A program made the position numbers and the translations under genes. A stretch of 64,000 bases of DNA from Desulfatibacillum sp. (lineage in GTDB: Bacteria > Desulfobacterota > Desulfobacteria > Desulfobacterales > SpSt-501): NCBI GenBank assembly GCA_020725555.1, contig DYEU01000005.1, positions 1,756-65,755 of the forward strand. The letters are read 5' to 3'. Positions 9,065 through 19,154 of the stretch are shown here, one piece after another. The first letter of the stretch is position 1. Every line of letters starts with the position of its first letter. The notes beneath the pieces were generated by a model. The model was not told the origin of the DNA. It made no database searches and was given only the letters and a program-made list of their open reading frames with translations.

Positions 9065-11396
9065 TTTCCCTGAGGTTCCAGACCCCGCAGGGGCAGGCGC
9101 CGGCGCAAAAACCGCAGCCGATGCAGAGCGAATCGTCGACCTCGTAGGCATAACGCCCCCCCTCCCCTCCGGTTCTGCGGATCGCCCCCCGCGGGCAGAC
9201 CGCGACACAGGTGCCGCAGTCCCGGCAGGCGCCGCAGGAGAGGCACTGGCTGCCGCACTGGCGGACATCGGGGAATTCCACGATGCGCGGGTCGAAGTAC
9301 TCGGCCGTGACCCGCCGGCGGTCGATCACGGGACGCCGCCTCGCCTCCGCCCGCGCCCCGGCGATCGCCTCCGCGATCGCCTCGGCCGCCCTCCTCCCGG
9401 CGCCGATCGCCTCGGTGAGCAGCCCCGGCCGGACGGCGTCGCCGATGGCCCAGACGCGGGGGTCGCTCGTGCGGAACGCCTCGTCCACGCGGACGAAACC
9501 GCGCTCGCGCTCGATCGCCGCGGGGAGAAAGTCGAGGTCCGGCTGGTCGCCCACGGCGACGATCACCGTCTCCGCCGGGATCTCTTCGCCCGCCTCCAGG
9601 CGGACGCCGGCCGCGGTGATCTCCCGGATCCGGACCGGCCAGCGGAAGCGCGCCCCGGCCGCCTCGGCCGCCCGCCGCTCCTTGCCGAAGGCGGCGGGTC
9701 GTTGGATGTCGAGCAGCGTGACCTCCTGCGCACCCAGCCGGAAGGCCTCGGTGGCGGCGTCGCAGCCGACGTTGCCCGCCCCGATCACGGCGACGCGGCG
9801 GCCGACGGAGGCCTCGCCGGCCTTCGCCGCCTCGAGGAAGGCGAGCGCCGAGACCGCCCGCTCGATGCCGGCAAGCGGCAGGCTGCGGGGCTTGCGGGCG
9901 CCGACGGCGATCACGACGGCGTCGAACTCCTCGCGGAGGCGGAGAAACTCCTCCCGGCCGAGCGGCTGCCGGAGCGCAACCAGCGGGAGCACCCGGCGCA
10001 CGCGCTCGAGCTCGGTGGCGATCACCTCGCTGGGGATGCGGCTTTCGGGGATCACCCGGGAGAACTTGCCCCCGAGCCTTCCCTCGAGCTCGTAGAGGAC
10101 GGCCTCGATCCCCCGGCGGCGCAGTTGCCAGGCGACCGAGATCCCGGCCGGGCCGCCGCCGACGACGGCGACCCGCCCCCCCCGCAGGGGGGGCAGCTCG
10201 GGCGTCCGCGCGCGCAGGCTCGCCTGGCCGAGCTTCGTCGTGTCGACGGGCGCCATGCCGAGCGTGCCCCGGGTGCAGGATTGCATGCAGAGGTTGGGGC
10301 ACAGGTAGCCGCAAACCGCCGCCGGAAACGGGGTGTAGGCGAGTGCGAGATCCACGGCCTCGTCGAGCCGGCCCTCGCGGATCAGCTGCCAGCGCCGCTG
10401 CACGGGGATGCCCGTGGGGCAGCTCGCCTCGCACGGGGGGGCGTAGACCTCGTGTTCCCACACGGGAACGAAGCGCCGCAGCTCGCCCGTCGTGATCACG
10501 GGGATGCGGCTGCGGTCGGCGAGGCTCAGGTCCCCGATCAGGCCGCCCGTCCCCAGCTCGGCGTCCCAGCGCTCGCGGTGGAATTCGCGGATGCCGCGGG
10601 CGGGAAGGAGCCGTTTTTCCCCCGGCCCTCGGGCGATGAGGAGCTGCCAGTCCTCGCGCACCGCGAGAAGCCGCAGGAGCTCGCTCCGGCCCACGGCCCG
10701 GAGGAAGCGCTCCAGGCCGGTCTCGAGCCACCGCCAGTCGTCGTCGCCGATCGGCGCCGGGCGGGCGTCGGCCGTGCTGTAGCCCCCGTGCGGGCCGCGG
10801 AAAAAGACCCTCCCGCCCACCATGCCGACGAGGGGCCGGTGGCCGAGGACGTTGTCGGGCCGCTGGGCCTCGTGGCCGCAGACGACGGCGATGCCGCCCG
10901 CCATGAACTCGCCGAAGTAGTCTCCCACCGAGCCCAGCACCCACAGCTCCGGCGGTTCGAAGCGCGGGTTGTGCTTGGTCATGGTCATCGCCCGCGCGCC
11001 GAGGTTGCCGCCCACATAGATGCGGCCCTGGGCCATGGCGTTGGCCACGCCGTTGCCGGCGTTGCCGCGGACGACGATCTCGGCGCCGGCGTTGAGCCAG
11101 CCGACGTCGTCCGAGGCCGGGCCGTCCACCTCGATGCGGGTCCCGGGAAAGCCCATGCCGCCCAGGCGCTGGCCGGGGTGCCCGCTCACGTGCACCAGCA
11201 GCGCGGCGCCCTCGGGGCTGCGCAGGCGGCCGCCGATGCCGTGCTGGCCGAAGGCCTCGATGTGGAGCCGGCGGTGCCCTTCGGCCACGGCGGCCTGGAT
11301 CGCCTCCTCGAGGAGGCGCGAAGGAAGGCGCTCCCCCTGCACGCGGCCGGGGATGCGGTGGAAGGTTGCGGATCCGGGTTGCGGGATGTCGCTCAT
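9048..11396 (-). CDS. Glutamate synthase GXGXG (GltB3) domain fused to a GltD-like FAD/NAD(P)H oxidoreductase and C-terminal 2x[4Fe-4S]
   Basis: GDYFGEFMAGG, PCEASCPTGIP, VVGGGPAG, VIGAGNVGCD, CLSCGACRDCGTC, CIGCGFCAGACP. Confidence 0.88.
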   Translation of the reverse strand: MSDIPQPGSATFHRIPGRVQGERLPSRLLEEAIQAAVAEGHRRLHIEAFGQHGIGGRLRSPEGAALLVHVSGHPGQRLGGMGFPGTRIEVDGPASDDVGWLNAGAEIVVRGNAGNGVANAMAQGRIYVGGNLGARAMTMTKHNPRFEPPELWVLGSVGDYFGEFMAGGIAVVCGHEAQRPDNVLGHRPLVGMVGGRVFFRGPHGGYSTADARPAPIGDDDWRWLETGLERFLRAVGRSELLRLLAVREDWQLLIARGPGEKRLLPARGIREFHRERWDAELGTGGLIGDLSLADRSRIPVITTGELRRFVPVWEHEVYAPPCEASCPTGIPVQRRWQLIREGRLDEAVDLALAYTPFPAAVCGYLCPNLCMQSCTRGTLGMAPVDTTKLGQASLRARTPELPPLRGGRVAVVGGGPAGISVAWQLRRRGIEAVLYELEGRLGGKFSRVIPESRIPSEVIATELERVRRVLPLVALRQPLGREEFLRLREEFDAVVIAVGARKPRSLPLAGIERAVSALAFLEAAKAGEASVGRRVAVIGAGNVGCDAATEAFRLGAQEVTLLDIQRPAAFGKERRAAEAAGARFRWPVRIREITAAGVRLEAGEEIPAETVIVAVGDQPDLDFLPAAIERERGFVRVDEAFRTSDPRVWAIGDAVRPGLLTEAIGAGRRAAEAIAEAIAGARAEARRRPVIDRRRVTAEYFDPRIVEFPDVRQCGSQCLSCGACRDCGTCVAVCPRGAIRRTGGEGGRYAYEVDDSLCIGCGFCAGACPCGVWNLRENDPLD

Positions 11397-11455
11397 GGCC
11401 TGCCGTCCTTGCCGCCCCCGGGGGGGATCCCCCGGGGGCCGGGCCTGCGCCGCGA

Positions 11456-13090
11456 TCACACGACATAGGCGATCTTGAGCCTCTCGGCGATGTGGGGGTC
11501 GTCGACGCCCAGGGCGTCGGACATGCCGATCGGGAGCGAGGTGGAGCGGCCCAGGGGGGCGACGATCTTCTTGAGCTCGGTGTCGAAGGCGACAACGCAG
11601 TCGACCACCCGCTGGGCGACGTCGTCCACGTCCAGGCGGCGGTAGAGGCGCGGGTCCTGCGAGGTGATCCCCTTCGGGCACAGGCCGATGTTGCAGATGT
11701 TGCAGCGGTCGGTCTCGGAGCCGAGGCAGCCGGCGGCGGCCTGCATGAGGTATTTGCCGACCTGGACGGCGCTCGCCCCCAGCATGATGAGGGCCGCGGC
11801 GTTGGCGGCGAGGTTGCCGGTCTTGCCGATCCCGCCGGCCGCGAAGAGCGGCAGCTCGTTTTGCATGCCGAGGCGCACGAGCGTGAGGTAGGCGTCGCGG
11901 ATGTTGGCGGCGATGGGGTGACCCATGTGGTTCATGGAGACATGGTAGGCCGCGCCGGTGCCGCCGTCCTCGCCGTCGATCGCCAACCCGGCGGCGTAGG
12001 GGTTGCGCGTGAGGTTGTTCAGCACCGCAAGGGCGGTCGAGGTGCCGGAGATCTTCGGGTAGACCGGCACGCGGAACCCCCAGGCCATGCCCATCGACTG
12101 GATCATCTTGGCCACCGACTCCTCGATCGAATACTGCGTCTGGTGCGTCGGCGGGCTGGGCAGGCTCACCCCGGGGGGGACCCCGCGGATCGCGGCGATC
12201 AACCGGTTCACCTTGTGCCCCATGAGCAGCCCGCCGTCGCCGGGCTTGGCGCCCTGCCCGTACTTGATCTCGATCGCGCAGGGGTCGGCCTTCATTTCCG
12301 GGATGGCGTGGAGGATCTCGTCCCAGCCGAAGTAGCCGCTGGCGATCTGCAGAATCACATACTCCAGGAAGCGCGAGCGCAACAGCCGCGGCGGGCATCC
12401 CCCCTCGCCGGTCGAGATGCGCACGGGCATCCCCAGTTCCTCGTTCAGGTAGGCGACCCCGAGCTGGAGCCCCTCCCACATGTTCGGGGAGAGGGCGCCG
12501 AAGGACATCCCGCCGATCACCAGGGGGTAGATCTCGCGCACCGGCGGCACCCAGCCGTGCTCGCGCTCGTGGCGCAGGGCCGCCTCCGGCGGCAGCACCC
12601 GCCCGAGCAGCGTGCGCAGCTCGAACTCGTGCCGGCCGGCGTCGAGCGCCGGGTCCGTCAGCATGGAGATGCGGATGAACTTGATCCGGTCGAGCACCGT
12701 CCCGGGCACGTTGCGCCGGCCGCCGCGACGCCGCGGCTGGCCCCCGCGGTCGATGTGAAACCGCAGCTTGTCGGCCTCGTCGGTCCGCAGCGGCAGGATG
12801 GCGTGGTTCGGGCAGACGAGATTGCACATGGCGCAGCCGATGCAGGCGTAGGCCGGGTCGGTGCGCTGGCGGATCCCGTAGTAGGCGCGGGTGACGCCCG
12901 CCGTGGCCGCCCCGAGATCGGCCGGCGGCTCGAGCAGCCGCTTGCGGAAAACGGCCAGCTCGATCGCCTGCACCGGGCAGACGGCCGTGCAGCGGCCGCA
13001 GAGGGTGCAGGCCTCGCGGCTCCAGGCGATCTGCCAGGGCAGGTCCTTGACGCTCAGTGTGGAAGGGGCAATGGGTCTTTCTGACTGCAT
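11456..13090 (-). CDS. Glutamate synthase FMN-binding subunit (GltB2-type) with N-terminal ferredoxin
   Basis: CTLCGRCTAVCP, GGMSFGALS, TGEGG, EIKYGQGAKPGDGG, CPKGITSQDP. Confidence 0.92.
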   Translation of the reverse strand: MQSERPIAPSTLSVKDLPWQIAWSREACTLCGRCTAVCPVQAIELAVFRKRLLEPPADLGAATAGVTRAYYGIRQRTDPAYACIGCAMCNLVCPNHAILPLRTDEADKLRFHIDRGGQPRRRGGRRNVPGTVLDRIKFIRISMLTDPALDAGRHEFELRTLLGRVLPPEAALRHEREHGWVPPVREIYPLVIGGMSFGALSPNMWEGLQLGVAYLNEELGMPVRISTGEGGCPPRLLRSRFLEYVILQIASGYFGWDEILHAIPEMKADPCAIEIKYGQGAKPGDGGLLMGHKVNRLIAAIRGVPPGVSLPSPPTHQTQYSIEESVAKMIQSMGMAWGFRVPVYPKISGTSTALAVLNNLTRNPYAAGLAIDGEDGGTGAAYHVSMNHMGHPIAANIRDAYLTLVRLGMQNELPLFAAGGIGKTGNLAANAAALIMLGASAVQVGKYLMQAAAGCLGSETDRCNICNIGLCPKGITSQDPRLYRRLDVDDVAQRVVDCVVAFDTELKKIVAPLGRSTSLPIGMSDALGVDDPHIAERLKIAYVV

Positions 13091-14184
13091 AGCCGGACCT
13101 CCCGCCGCTCGGGGTCGACCACGGCGGTCTCCAGGTTCATGGGTTGGACGTCGCGGCTCTTGTCGCGGAGCGGGATCGCCGCATCCAGGCCGCAGATCTC
13201 GGAGGAAAAGGCGAAGAGGCCGGGCCGCCCGCCGACGACGCCGGGGCGAAGCTTCTTGCGGTCCTGGACGAGAAAGAGGCTCCCGTCGGGGAGGCAGCCG
13301 ATCACGCAGTTGGGGCCGTCGATGATCAGGGGGCGGCAGCTCTGCTTGAGCCGCCGCAGCCAGGGCGCGTGGGGGTGCTCGGCGAGCTCCTCGTCCGGCA
13401 GCGGGGTGATCACGTGCTTGTAGGCCTCGATGCCGAGTCCCAGCACCTTGTGGGTGTAGTGCAGGATGTGGGTGAAGACCTCGGAATCCGAGCGATAGCC
13501 CGTGTAGCCCGGGAACCCGCGCGATTCGAGGAACGTGCGGATGGGCACGAAGGCGGTGTTCTCGCCGTTGGTCATGGTCGCAAAGCCCTGCAGGAAGAAG
13601 GGGTGGCAGGCGTAGAGATCGATGCTGTAGTTCGTGTTCTGGCGCCCCTGGGCGAGCAGGATGCGCGCGCGGAGCTCCTTGCGGTCGAGCTGGAGATGGC
13701 GGGCGACGGTGAGCGGGTCGCCGATCTCCTTGATCAGGATCACGTCGGGCCAAAAGGAGAAGACGATCATGTCCTGGGACTCCTCCCCCATGGCCCGCAG
13801 CCGCAGGCGGATCCTCATCAGCCGGTCCTCGATCTCCTCCCGGGCGAGCCCCTCCCATTCCTCCGGCAGCTCGTAGGCCCGGATGAGGTAGATGTCGCGC
13901 CGCGGCACCCCCGGGGGAGGGGTCTTGGGGACCTTGATCGAGATCTTGTACTTGGTCATGAAGCCGAGATCCATCATCGTGGCGTCGAGGCGCTTCAGGC
14001 CCGCGTCGCTGAAGATCCCCGAGAGGATGGGGGCGTCCTTCAATTCCTCGAACGGCCCGCTCAGGTCCCGCAGGAGCAGGCCGACGCCGGAGCCGTCATG
14101 CCCCTCGCGCATGACCTCCAGCGCCTGGATCGCCATCATGGGGGAGACGGGCTCCCGGCTGGTGACGGCAAACAGACGGCACAT
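13054..14184 (-). CDS. Glutamate synthase glutamine amidotransferase subunit (GltB1-type, class II GATase)
   Basis: N-terminal MCRLF (catalytic Cys), GHDGSG, MTNGEN, SDSEV, DRKKLRP; GAAAGGAG RBS. Confidence 0.9.
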   Translation of the reverse strand: MCRLFAVTSREPVSPMMAIQALEVMREGHDGSGVGLLLRDLSGPFEELKDAPILSGIFSDAGLKRLDATMMDLGFMTKYKISIKVPKTPPPGVPRRDIYLIRAYELPEEWEGLAREEIEDRLMRIRLRLRAMGEESQDMIVFSFWPDVILIKEIGDPLTVARHLQLDRKELRARILLAQGRQNTNYSIDLYACHPFFLQGFATMTNGENTAFVPIRTFLESRGFPGYTGYRSDSEVFTHILHYTHKVLGLGIEAYKHVITPLPDEELAEHPHAPWLRRLKQSCRPLIIDGPNCVIGCLPDGSLFLVQDRKKLRPGVVGGRPGLFAFSSEICGLDAAIPLRDKSRDVQPMNLETAVVDPERREVRLCSQKDPLPLPH

Positions 14185-14372
14185 CGCAAAGGCTCCTTTC
14201 CGCGCCCCCTCTCCGGGAGAGGGACCGGCGCGGCCGCGGCACGGATCACCGGGTGGCGGCGGACTCGAGCGGGTTCGGTTGCTGGAGCGCGGGGCCCGTC
14301 GGACGGCGGTGCGATCGCTGGCGGCGCCGGCGTTGGCGGTGTCGCCGCCGCCCCGGCCTGCCCGAGAGGAGG

Positions 14373-14388
14373 AGCAAAAGACGTGCCG
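14373..14388 (-). promoter_or_regulatory. Sigma54 -24/-12 promoter of the glutamate synthase operon
   Basis: Minus strand CGGCAC-GTCTT-TTGCT matches TGGCAC-N5-TTGCW with one mismatch. Confidence 0.7.
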
Positions 14389-14673
14389 CAAGGAGACGCG
14401 GACGCCTTGACGCCCCGCTTCGGCTCCGGCCGCAGCGGCTCCGGGGCTCGGCCCGGAAGGCGAAACCGGCACTTCGCTCTATGAAGGAAAAAAAACGGCC
14501 GGTCAAGCCCCGTCCCACAGCGTCGCATGCGGGAGCGCGCGTCACGACAAAAGTGTAGGATCTTTGCGGTCCGCCGGGGCCGCCGCGGCCGTTTGACAGG
14601 CCCGGGGCATTTTTTTAAGCTGCGGGCAATTTCGGGCCCCCGCCGCCGGGGCCGACCCCCGCAGGAGTTCGCC

Positions 14674-16008
14674 ATGGATGTCCCCATTGCCGCGATCGCC
14701 TCCGCCGCCCTCACGCGGCGGCGCTTTCTCCAGGCGGGCGGGCTTGCGGCCGCTGGCCTTCTCGCCGGCTGCGCAACCAACCCCGTCACCGGGCGAAGCC
14801 AGTTCATGACCGTCTCCGAGGACGAGGAGATCCAGATCGACCGGCAGTACTCGCCGCGCCAGTTCTCCGAGGATTACGGGACGGTCCAAGACGCCGCCCT
14901 GAACGCCTACGTGGACCGCGTCGGGCGCTCGCTCGCCGGCCGCAGCCATCGCCCCCAGATGCCCTTTTCGTTCCGCGTGGTGAACGCGACCTACATCAAC
15001 GCCTACGCCTTCCCCGGCGGCAGCATCGCCTGCACGCGGGGGATTCTCCTCAAGCTCCACAACGAGGCCGAGCTCGCCGCGCTTCTCGGCCACGAGATCG
15101 GCCACGTCGCCGCCCGCCACACCGCCGAGCAGCTCTCCAAGGGTCAGCTCTCCAACCTCGTGGTCGGCGGGCTTTCGATCCTCGCCGATCTGACCGCCCC
15201 CGGCCTGGGCCAGGTGGCCTCGACCCTGGGCGGGCTCGGGGCGGGCGCATTTCTGGCGAGTTACAGCCGGGACAACGAGCGCCAGGCGGACGCCCTGGGA
15301 ACCGAGTACAGCGTGCGCGCCGGCTACAGCCCCGAGGGCATGGTGGGGCTGATGGAGATGTTGAACGGCCTGAACAAGTCGCGGCCGAACGCGATCGAGC
15401 TCATGTTCTCCACCCACCCCATGAGCGAGGAGCGCTATCGCACCGCGGTGCAGACGGCCCGCAGCGAGTATGCCGCGGCGCGCGGCAACCCCCTCCAGCG
15501 CGAGCGGTTCATGGACCAGACGGCGGGGCTGCGCGCCATCCAGGGCGCCATCGAGGAGATGCAAAAGGGGGACGACGCCCTGGGGAAAAAGAGCTACGAT
15601 CAGGCCGAAACCCACTTCCGCGCCGCGCTGAAAGCGGCACCGGGCGATTACGCGGGGCTGCTCTCCCTGGCCCGCTGCCTGCTCCTGCAGAAGAAATTCG
15701 CCGAGGGCGAGCGCTACGGCCGCGAGGCGGTCGCCGCCTACCCCCAGGAGGCCCAGGGCCACTTCCTGAGCGGGATCGCCGCGCTCCAGCTCAAGCGCTA
15801 CGATGCGGCGCTCGCCGATTTCCAGACCTACCGCCGCATCCTGCCCGGCAACCCCACGAGCGTCTTCTTCACCGGCTACGCCTACGAGGGCCTGGCCCGC
15901 AGAAACGAAGCGGCCCAGGAGTACCGCCGCTACCTGCAGCAGGTCCGGCAGGGTCCCTACGCCCAGCACGCCGCGCAGCGGCTGCGCGAGTGGGGCTACC
16001 TGCGCTGA
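14674..16008 (+). CDS. M48 metalloprotease with TPR repeats (BepA/YfgC-like), Tat-lipoprotein signal
   Basis: TRRRFL and LLAGC lipobox; NAYAFPGG; HEIGH; SRDNERQAD; STHP; C-terminal TPR-like repeats. Confidence 0.88.
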   Translation: MDVPIAAIASAALTRRRFLQAGGLAAAGLLAGCATNPVTGRSQFMTVSEDEEIQIDRQYSPRQFSEDYGTVQDAALNAYVDRVGRSLAGRSHRPQMPFSFRVVNATYINAYAFPGGSIACTRGILLKLHNEAELAALLGHEIGHVAARHTAEQLSKGQLSNLVVGGLSILADLTAPGLGQVASTLGGLGAGAFLASYSRDNERQADALGTEYSVRAGYSPEGMVGLMEMLNGLNKSRPNAIELMFSTHPMSEERYRTAVQTARSEYAAARGNPLQRERFMDQTAGLRAIQGAIEEMQKGDDALGKKSYDQAETHFRAALKAAPGDYAGLLSLARCLLLQKKFAEGERYGREAVAAYPQEAQGHFLSGIAALQLKRYDAALADFQTYRRILPGNPTSVFFTGYAYEGLARRNEAAQEYRRYLQQVRQGPYAQHAAQRLREWGYLR

Positions 16009-16097
16009 GAACGGCAAACACCCCCGCCGGGAAGGGTCCGCGGAATTCCAGGCGCCGGGCCCCGGCGGGCCGGCGCCTGCCGCGCCCGAGGAGGCCT

Positions 16098-19004
16098 TTG
16101 CGCGACGTGCCCCGCCTCGATCCCCTCCCCGCCGATCTCGCCGAGGAAGCCGCGGCCAGGCGGGGCGCCCTCCTCCAGGCCGCGGCGGAAGCCGGGGTGG
16201 CGGTGAGGCTCGCCCCCGGGCTGGAGGCCGAGCTCGCGCGCGTTCTTCTTCTAAGCGACTTTCTTTACGAATCCCTCCTTCGCGACCCCCCCGCGCTCGC
16301 CGCCCTCCTCGGCGGGGGCGATCTTGATCGCCCCCGCACCGCCGAGGAAGCCGAGGCCCGGGTCGCCCGATCCCTCGCCCAGGCCGGCGACGAGGAGGAG
16401 GCCGGCCGCCGGCTGCGCCGGCTGCGGCGCCGGGAGCTCTGCCGCATCGCCTGGCGCGACCTCGCCGGCCGGGCCGGTTTCGAGGAGACGGTCCGCGAGC
16501 TCTCCGACTTCGCCGACGCCTGCCTGCACCAGGCCCACGCCTGGCTCCACCCCCGCCTCTGCCGCGAGGCGGGGACGCCCGAGGGCCCCGGCGGGAGGCC
16601 GGCCGGCCTGGTCGTGATCGCCCTCGGCAAGCTCGGCGGCCGGGAGCTCAACTTCTCCTCCGACGTGGACCTCCTCTTCGCCTACGCCGCCGCCGGGGAA
16701 ACCCGCGGGGCCGCCACCTCCGTCTCGCACGAGGAGTTCTTCACCCGCCTCGCGCGGCGCCTCGTCCGCCTGCTCGACACCCCCACGGCCGAGGGGATCG
16801 TCTTCCGCGTCGACCTGCGGCTCAGGCCCTTCGGCGATTCCGGGCCCCTCGTCCTGAGCTTCGACGGCCTGGAGCAGTACTACCAGGAACAGGGCCGGGA
16901 ATGGGAGCGCTATGCCTGGATCAAGGCCCGGCCGGCCGCGGGCGACCGCGCCGCGGGCGAAGAGCTCCTCCGGCGGCTGCAGCCCTTCGTCTTCCGCCGC
17001 TACCTCGACTACGGGGCCTTCGAGTCGCTGCGCGAGATGAAGCGCATGATCGCCCGCGAGGTCGCCCGCCGCACCCTCGAGAGGAACATCAAGATCGGCC
17101 GCGGCGGGATCCGCGAGATCGAGTTCTTCGGCCAGTGTTTCCAGCTCATCCGCGGCGGCCTGGAGCCGGCCCTGCGGGAGCGCGACATCCGGCGCGTGCT
17201 GGAGGCGCTCGCCCATGCGGGGATCCTCACCGAGGCGGCGCGGGGCGAGCTCGACGCCGCCTACGTCTTCCTGCGCACGCTGGAGCACCGGCTGCAGCAG
17301 CGCTTCGACCGCCAGACGCACGAGATCCCCCGGGACGATCGCGAGTTGCGGATCCTCGCCGCGGGGACGGGGCACGCGGAGCCGGCGCGCCTGCTGGAGG
17401 AGCTCGAGCGCCACCGCGAGCGGGTGCACGGCCATTTCCGCCTGCTGCTCGGCCCGGCCGAGGGGGCGGAGGCGGCCGCGGCGGGGGTCGAGGGCGAGCT
17501 CGCCGCCCTCTGGGAGATGCGCCTCGATCCCGCCGAGGCCGTGGCGCTCCTGCAGCGCACGGGGCACCCCGCCGCCGCCGAGGCCCTGGGGGCCCTGCAG
17601 GCCCTGCAGGAGGACCCCGAGATTCGGGCCCTCAGCCCGGCCGGCCGCCGCCGTCTCGACCGCCTCATCCCGCGGGTCCTGCTCGCTTCAGGCAGCTCCC
17701 CCGCCCCTCTGGAGGCCCTGCGCCGCACCTGCGACATCCTGCGCGCCATCGGACGCCGCACGACCTACCTCGCCCTCTTGCAGGAGTCCCCCGCCGCGCT
17801 CGGCCGTCTCGTCGCCCTCGCCGGGGCGAGCCCCTTTCTCGCCTCCTTCATCGCCCGTCACCCGGTCGTCCTCGACGAGCTGCTCGGCCCCGGCGGCCGC
17901 TACCGGCCGCCCGGCCGCGAGGCGCTGCTGGAGGAGGTGCGCCGGCGCCTGGCGCGCACGGACCCCGAGGATCTCGAAGCCCAGATCGAGGCCCTCTGCG
18001 TCTTCCAGCAGACCCAGGTGCTCCAGGCCGCCGCCGCCGACGTGAGCGGCGAGCTCGCGCTGATGCGGGTGAGCGACGTGCTCTCCGACATCGCCGAGAC
18101 CCTCCTGGCGGCCGTGGTCGATCTCGCCTGGGGGCACCTCGTCGCCCGCCACGGCGCCCCGCTCGCCGTGCTGGAGGGCGAGGCCTGCCGGCCGGGCTTC
18201 GCCGTCGTCGCCTACGGCAAGCTGGGCGGTCTCGAGCTCGGCTACCGCGCCGATCTCGATCTCGTCTTCCTCCACGCGGGGGCGGGGGAGACGACCGCAG
18301 GCGGCCCGCGGCCGATCGACCCGGCGCAGTTCTACAACCGGCTCGGCCAGCGGGTGATCCACATCCTGACGACCCCCACCCGCGCGGGCCGCCTCTACGA
18401 GATCGACACCCGCCTGCGGCCGAGCGGCATCGCCGGCATCCTCGTGCAGCACGTCGAGGCCTTCCGCGACTACCTTCTCCACGAGGCCTGGACCTGGGAA
18501 CACCAGGCGCTGATCAAGGCGCGGCCGGTGGCGGGCGACCCCGCCGTCGCCCGGCGTTTCCAGGCGGTGCGCCGCGAGGTGCTCGCCCGGCCGCGGCCCC
18601 CCGGGGAGCTCCGCCGGGAGGTCTTCGCCATGCGCGAGCGCATGCGCCGCGGCGCGCCGGCCGTACCGGAGAACGAATTCGACCTCAAGCAGGGGCCCGG
18701 CGGCATCGTGGACATCGAGTTCCTGGTCCAGCTGCTCACCCTGCGGCACGCGCGGCGCATCCCGGAGCTCTGCCGCTGGACCGACACCGTGCGGCTGATC
18801 CAGACCCTCAACGCCGCCCGCATCCTGGGGGAAATCGAGGCCCACATCCTCAAGCACGCCTACCTGATCTACCGCGCCGCCGCCCACCGGCTCGCCCTTC
18901 AGGAAAAGCCCGCCCGCGTCCCGGCGGAGCGCTTCGCCCCAGTTAGGTCGCGCGTGCTGGGAATCTGGCGGCAGGTGATGGGCGCGGCGGAAGCGGGAAA
19001 ATAA
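16098..19004 (+). CDS. glnE: Glutamine synthetase adenylyltransferase/deadenylase
   Basis: Two NT domains (GKLGGRELNFSSDVDL; GKLGGLELGYRADLDL), VDLRLRP, WERYAWIKAR; start uncertain (TTG 16098 or GTG 16107 after GAGGAGG). Confidence 0.93.
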   Translation: MRDVPRLDPLPADLAEEAAARRGALLQAAAEAGVAVRLAPGLEAELARVLLLSDFLYESLLRDPPALAALLGGGDLDRPRTAEEAEARVARSLAQAGDEEEAGRRLRRLRRRELCRIAWRDLAGRAGFEETVRELSDFADACLHQAHAWLHPRLCREAGTPEGPGGRPAGLVVIALGKLGGRELNFSSDVDLLFAYAAAGETRGAATSVSHEEFFTRLARRLVRLLDTPTAEGIVFRVDLRLRPFGDSGPLVLSFDGLEQYYQEQGREWERYAWIKARPAAGDRAAGEELLRRLQPFVFRRYLDYGAFESLREMKRMIAREVARRTLERNIKIGRGGIREIEFFGQCFQLIRGGLEPALRERDIRRVLEALAHAGILTEAARGELDAAYVFLRTLEHRLQQRFDRQTHEIPRDDRELRILAAGTGHAEPARLLEELERHRERVHGHFRLLLGPAEGAEAAAAGVEGELAALWEMRLDPAEAVALLQRTGHPAAAEALGALQALQEDPEIRALSPAGRRRLDRLIPRVLLASGSSPAPLEALRRTCDILRAIGRRTTYLALLQESPAALGRLVALAGASPFLASFIARHPVVLDELLGPGGRYRPPGREALLEEVRRRLARTDPEDLEAQIEALCVFQQTQVLQAAAADVSGELALMRVSDVLSDIAETLLAAVVDLAWGHLVARHGAPLAVLEGEACRPGFAVVAYGKLGGLELGYRADLDLVFLHAGAGETTAGGPRPIDPAQFYNRLGQRVIHILTTPTRAGRLYEIDTRLRPSGIAGILVQHVEAFRDYLLHEAWTWEHQALIKARPVAGDPAVARRFQAVRREVLARPRPPGELRREVFAMRERMRRGAPAVPENEFDLKQGPGGIVDIEFLVQLLTLRHARRIPELCRWTDTVRLIQTLNAARILGEIEAHILKHAYLIYRAAAHRLALQEKPARVPAERFAPVRSRVLGIWRQVMGAAEAGK

Positions 19005-19123
19005 CAATTACGTAACTTTATTGCCGTTCAATATCACAAAATTGTTTTCTTTCCCTGGCCGGGGCGAACGGGCGCTCCCCGCGGGGGGCGGATTCCGCGG
19101 GCCTTTCCCCGCCCGGGAGCCTC

Positions 19124-19139
19124 TGGCACCCTCCTTGCT
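19124..19139 (+). promoter_or_regulatory. Sigma54 -24/-12 promoter of glnD-amtB-glnB-glnA
   Basis: TGGCAC-CCTCC-TTGCT, a consensus match, downstream of an AT-rich island at 19000-19050. Confidence 0.82.
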
Positions 19140-19154
19140 TCTTTCCACCCGGCG

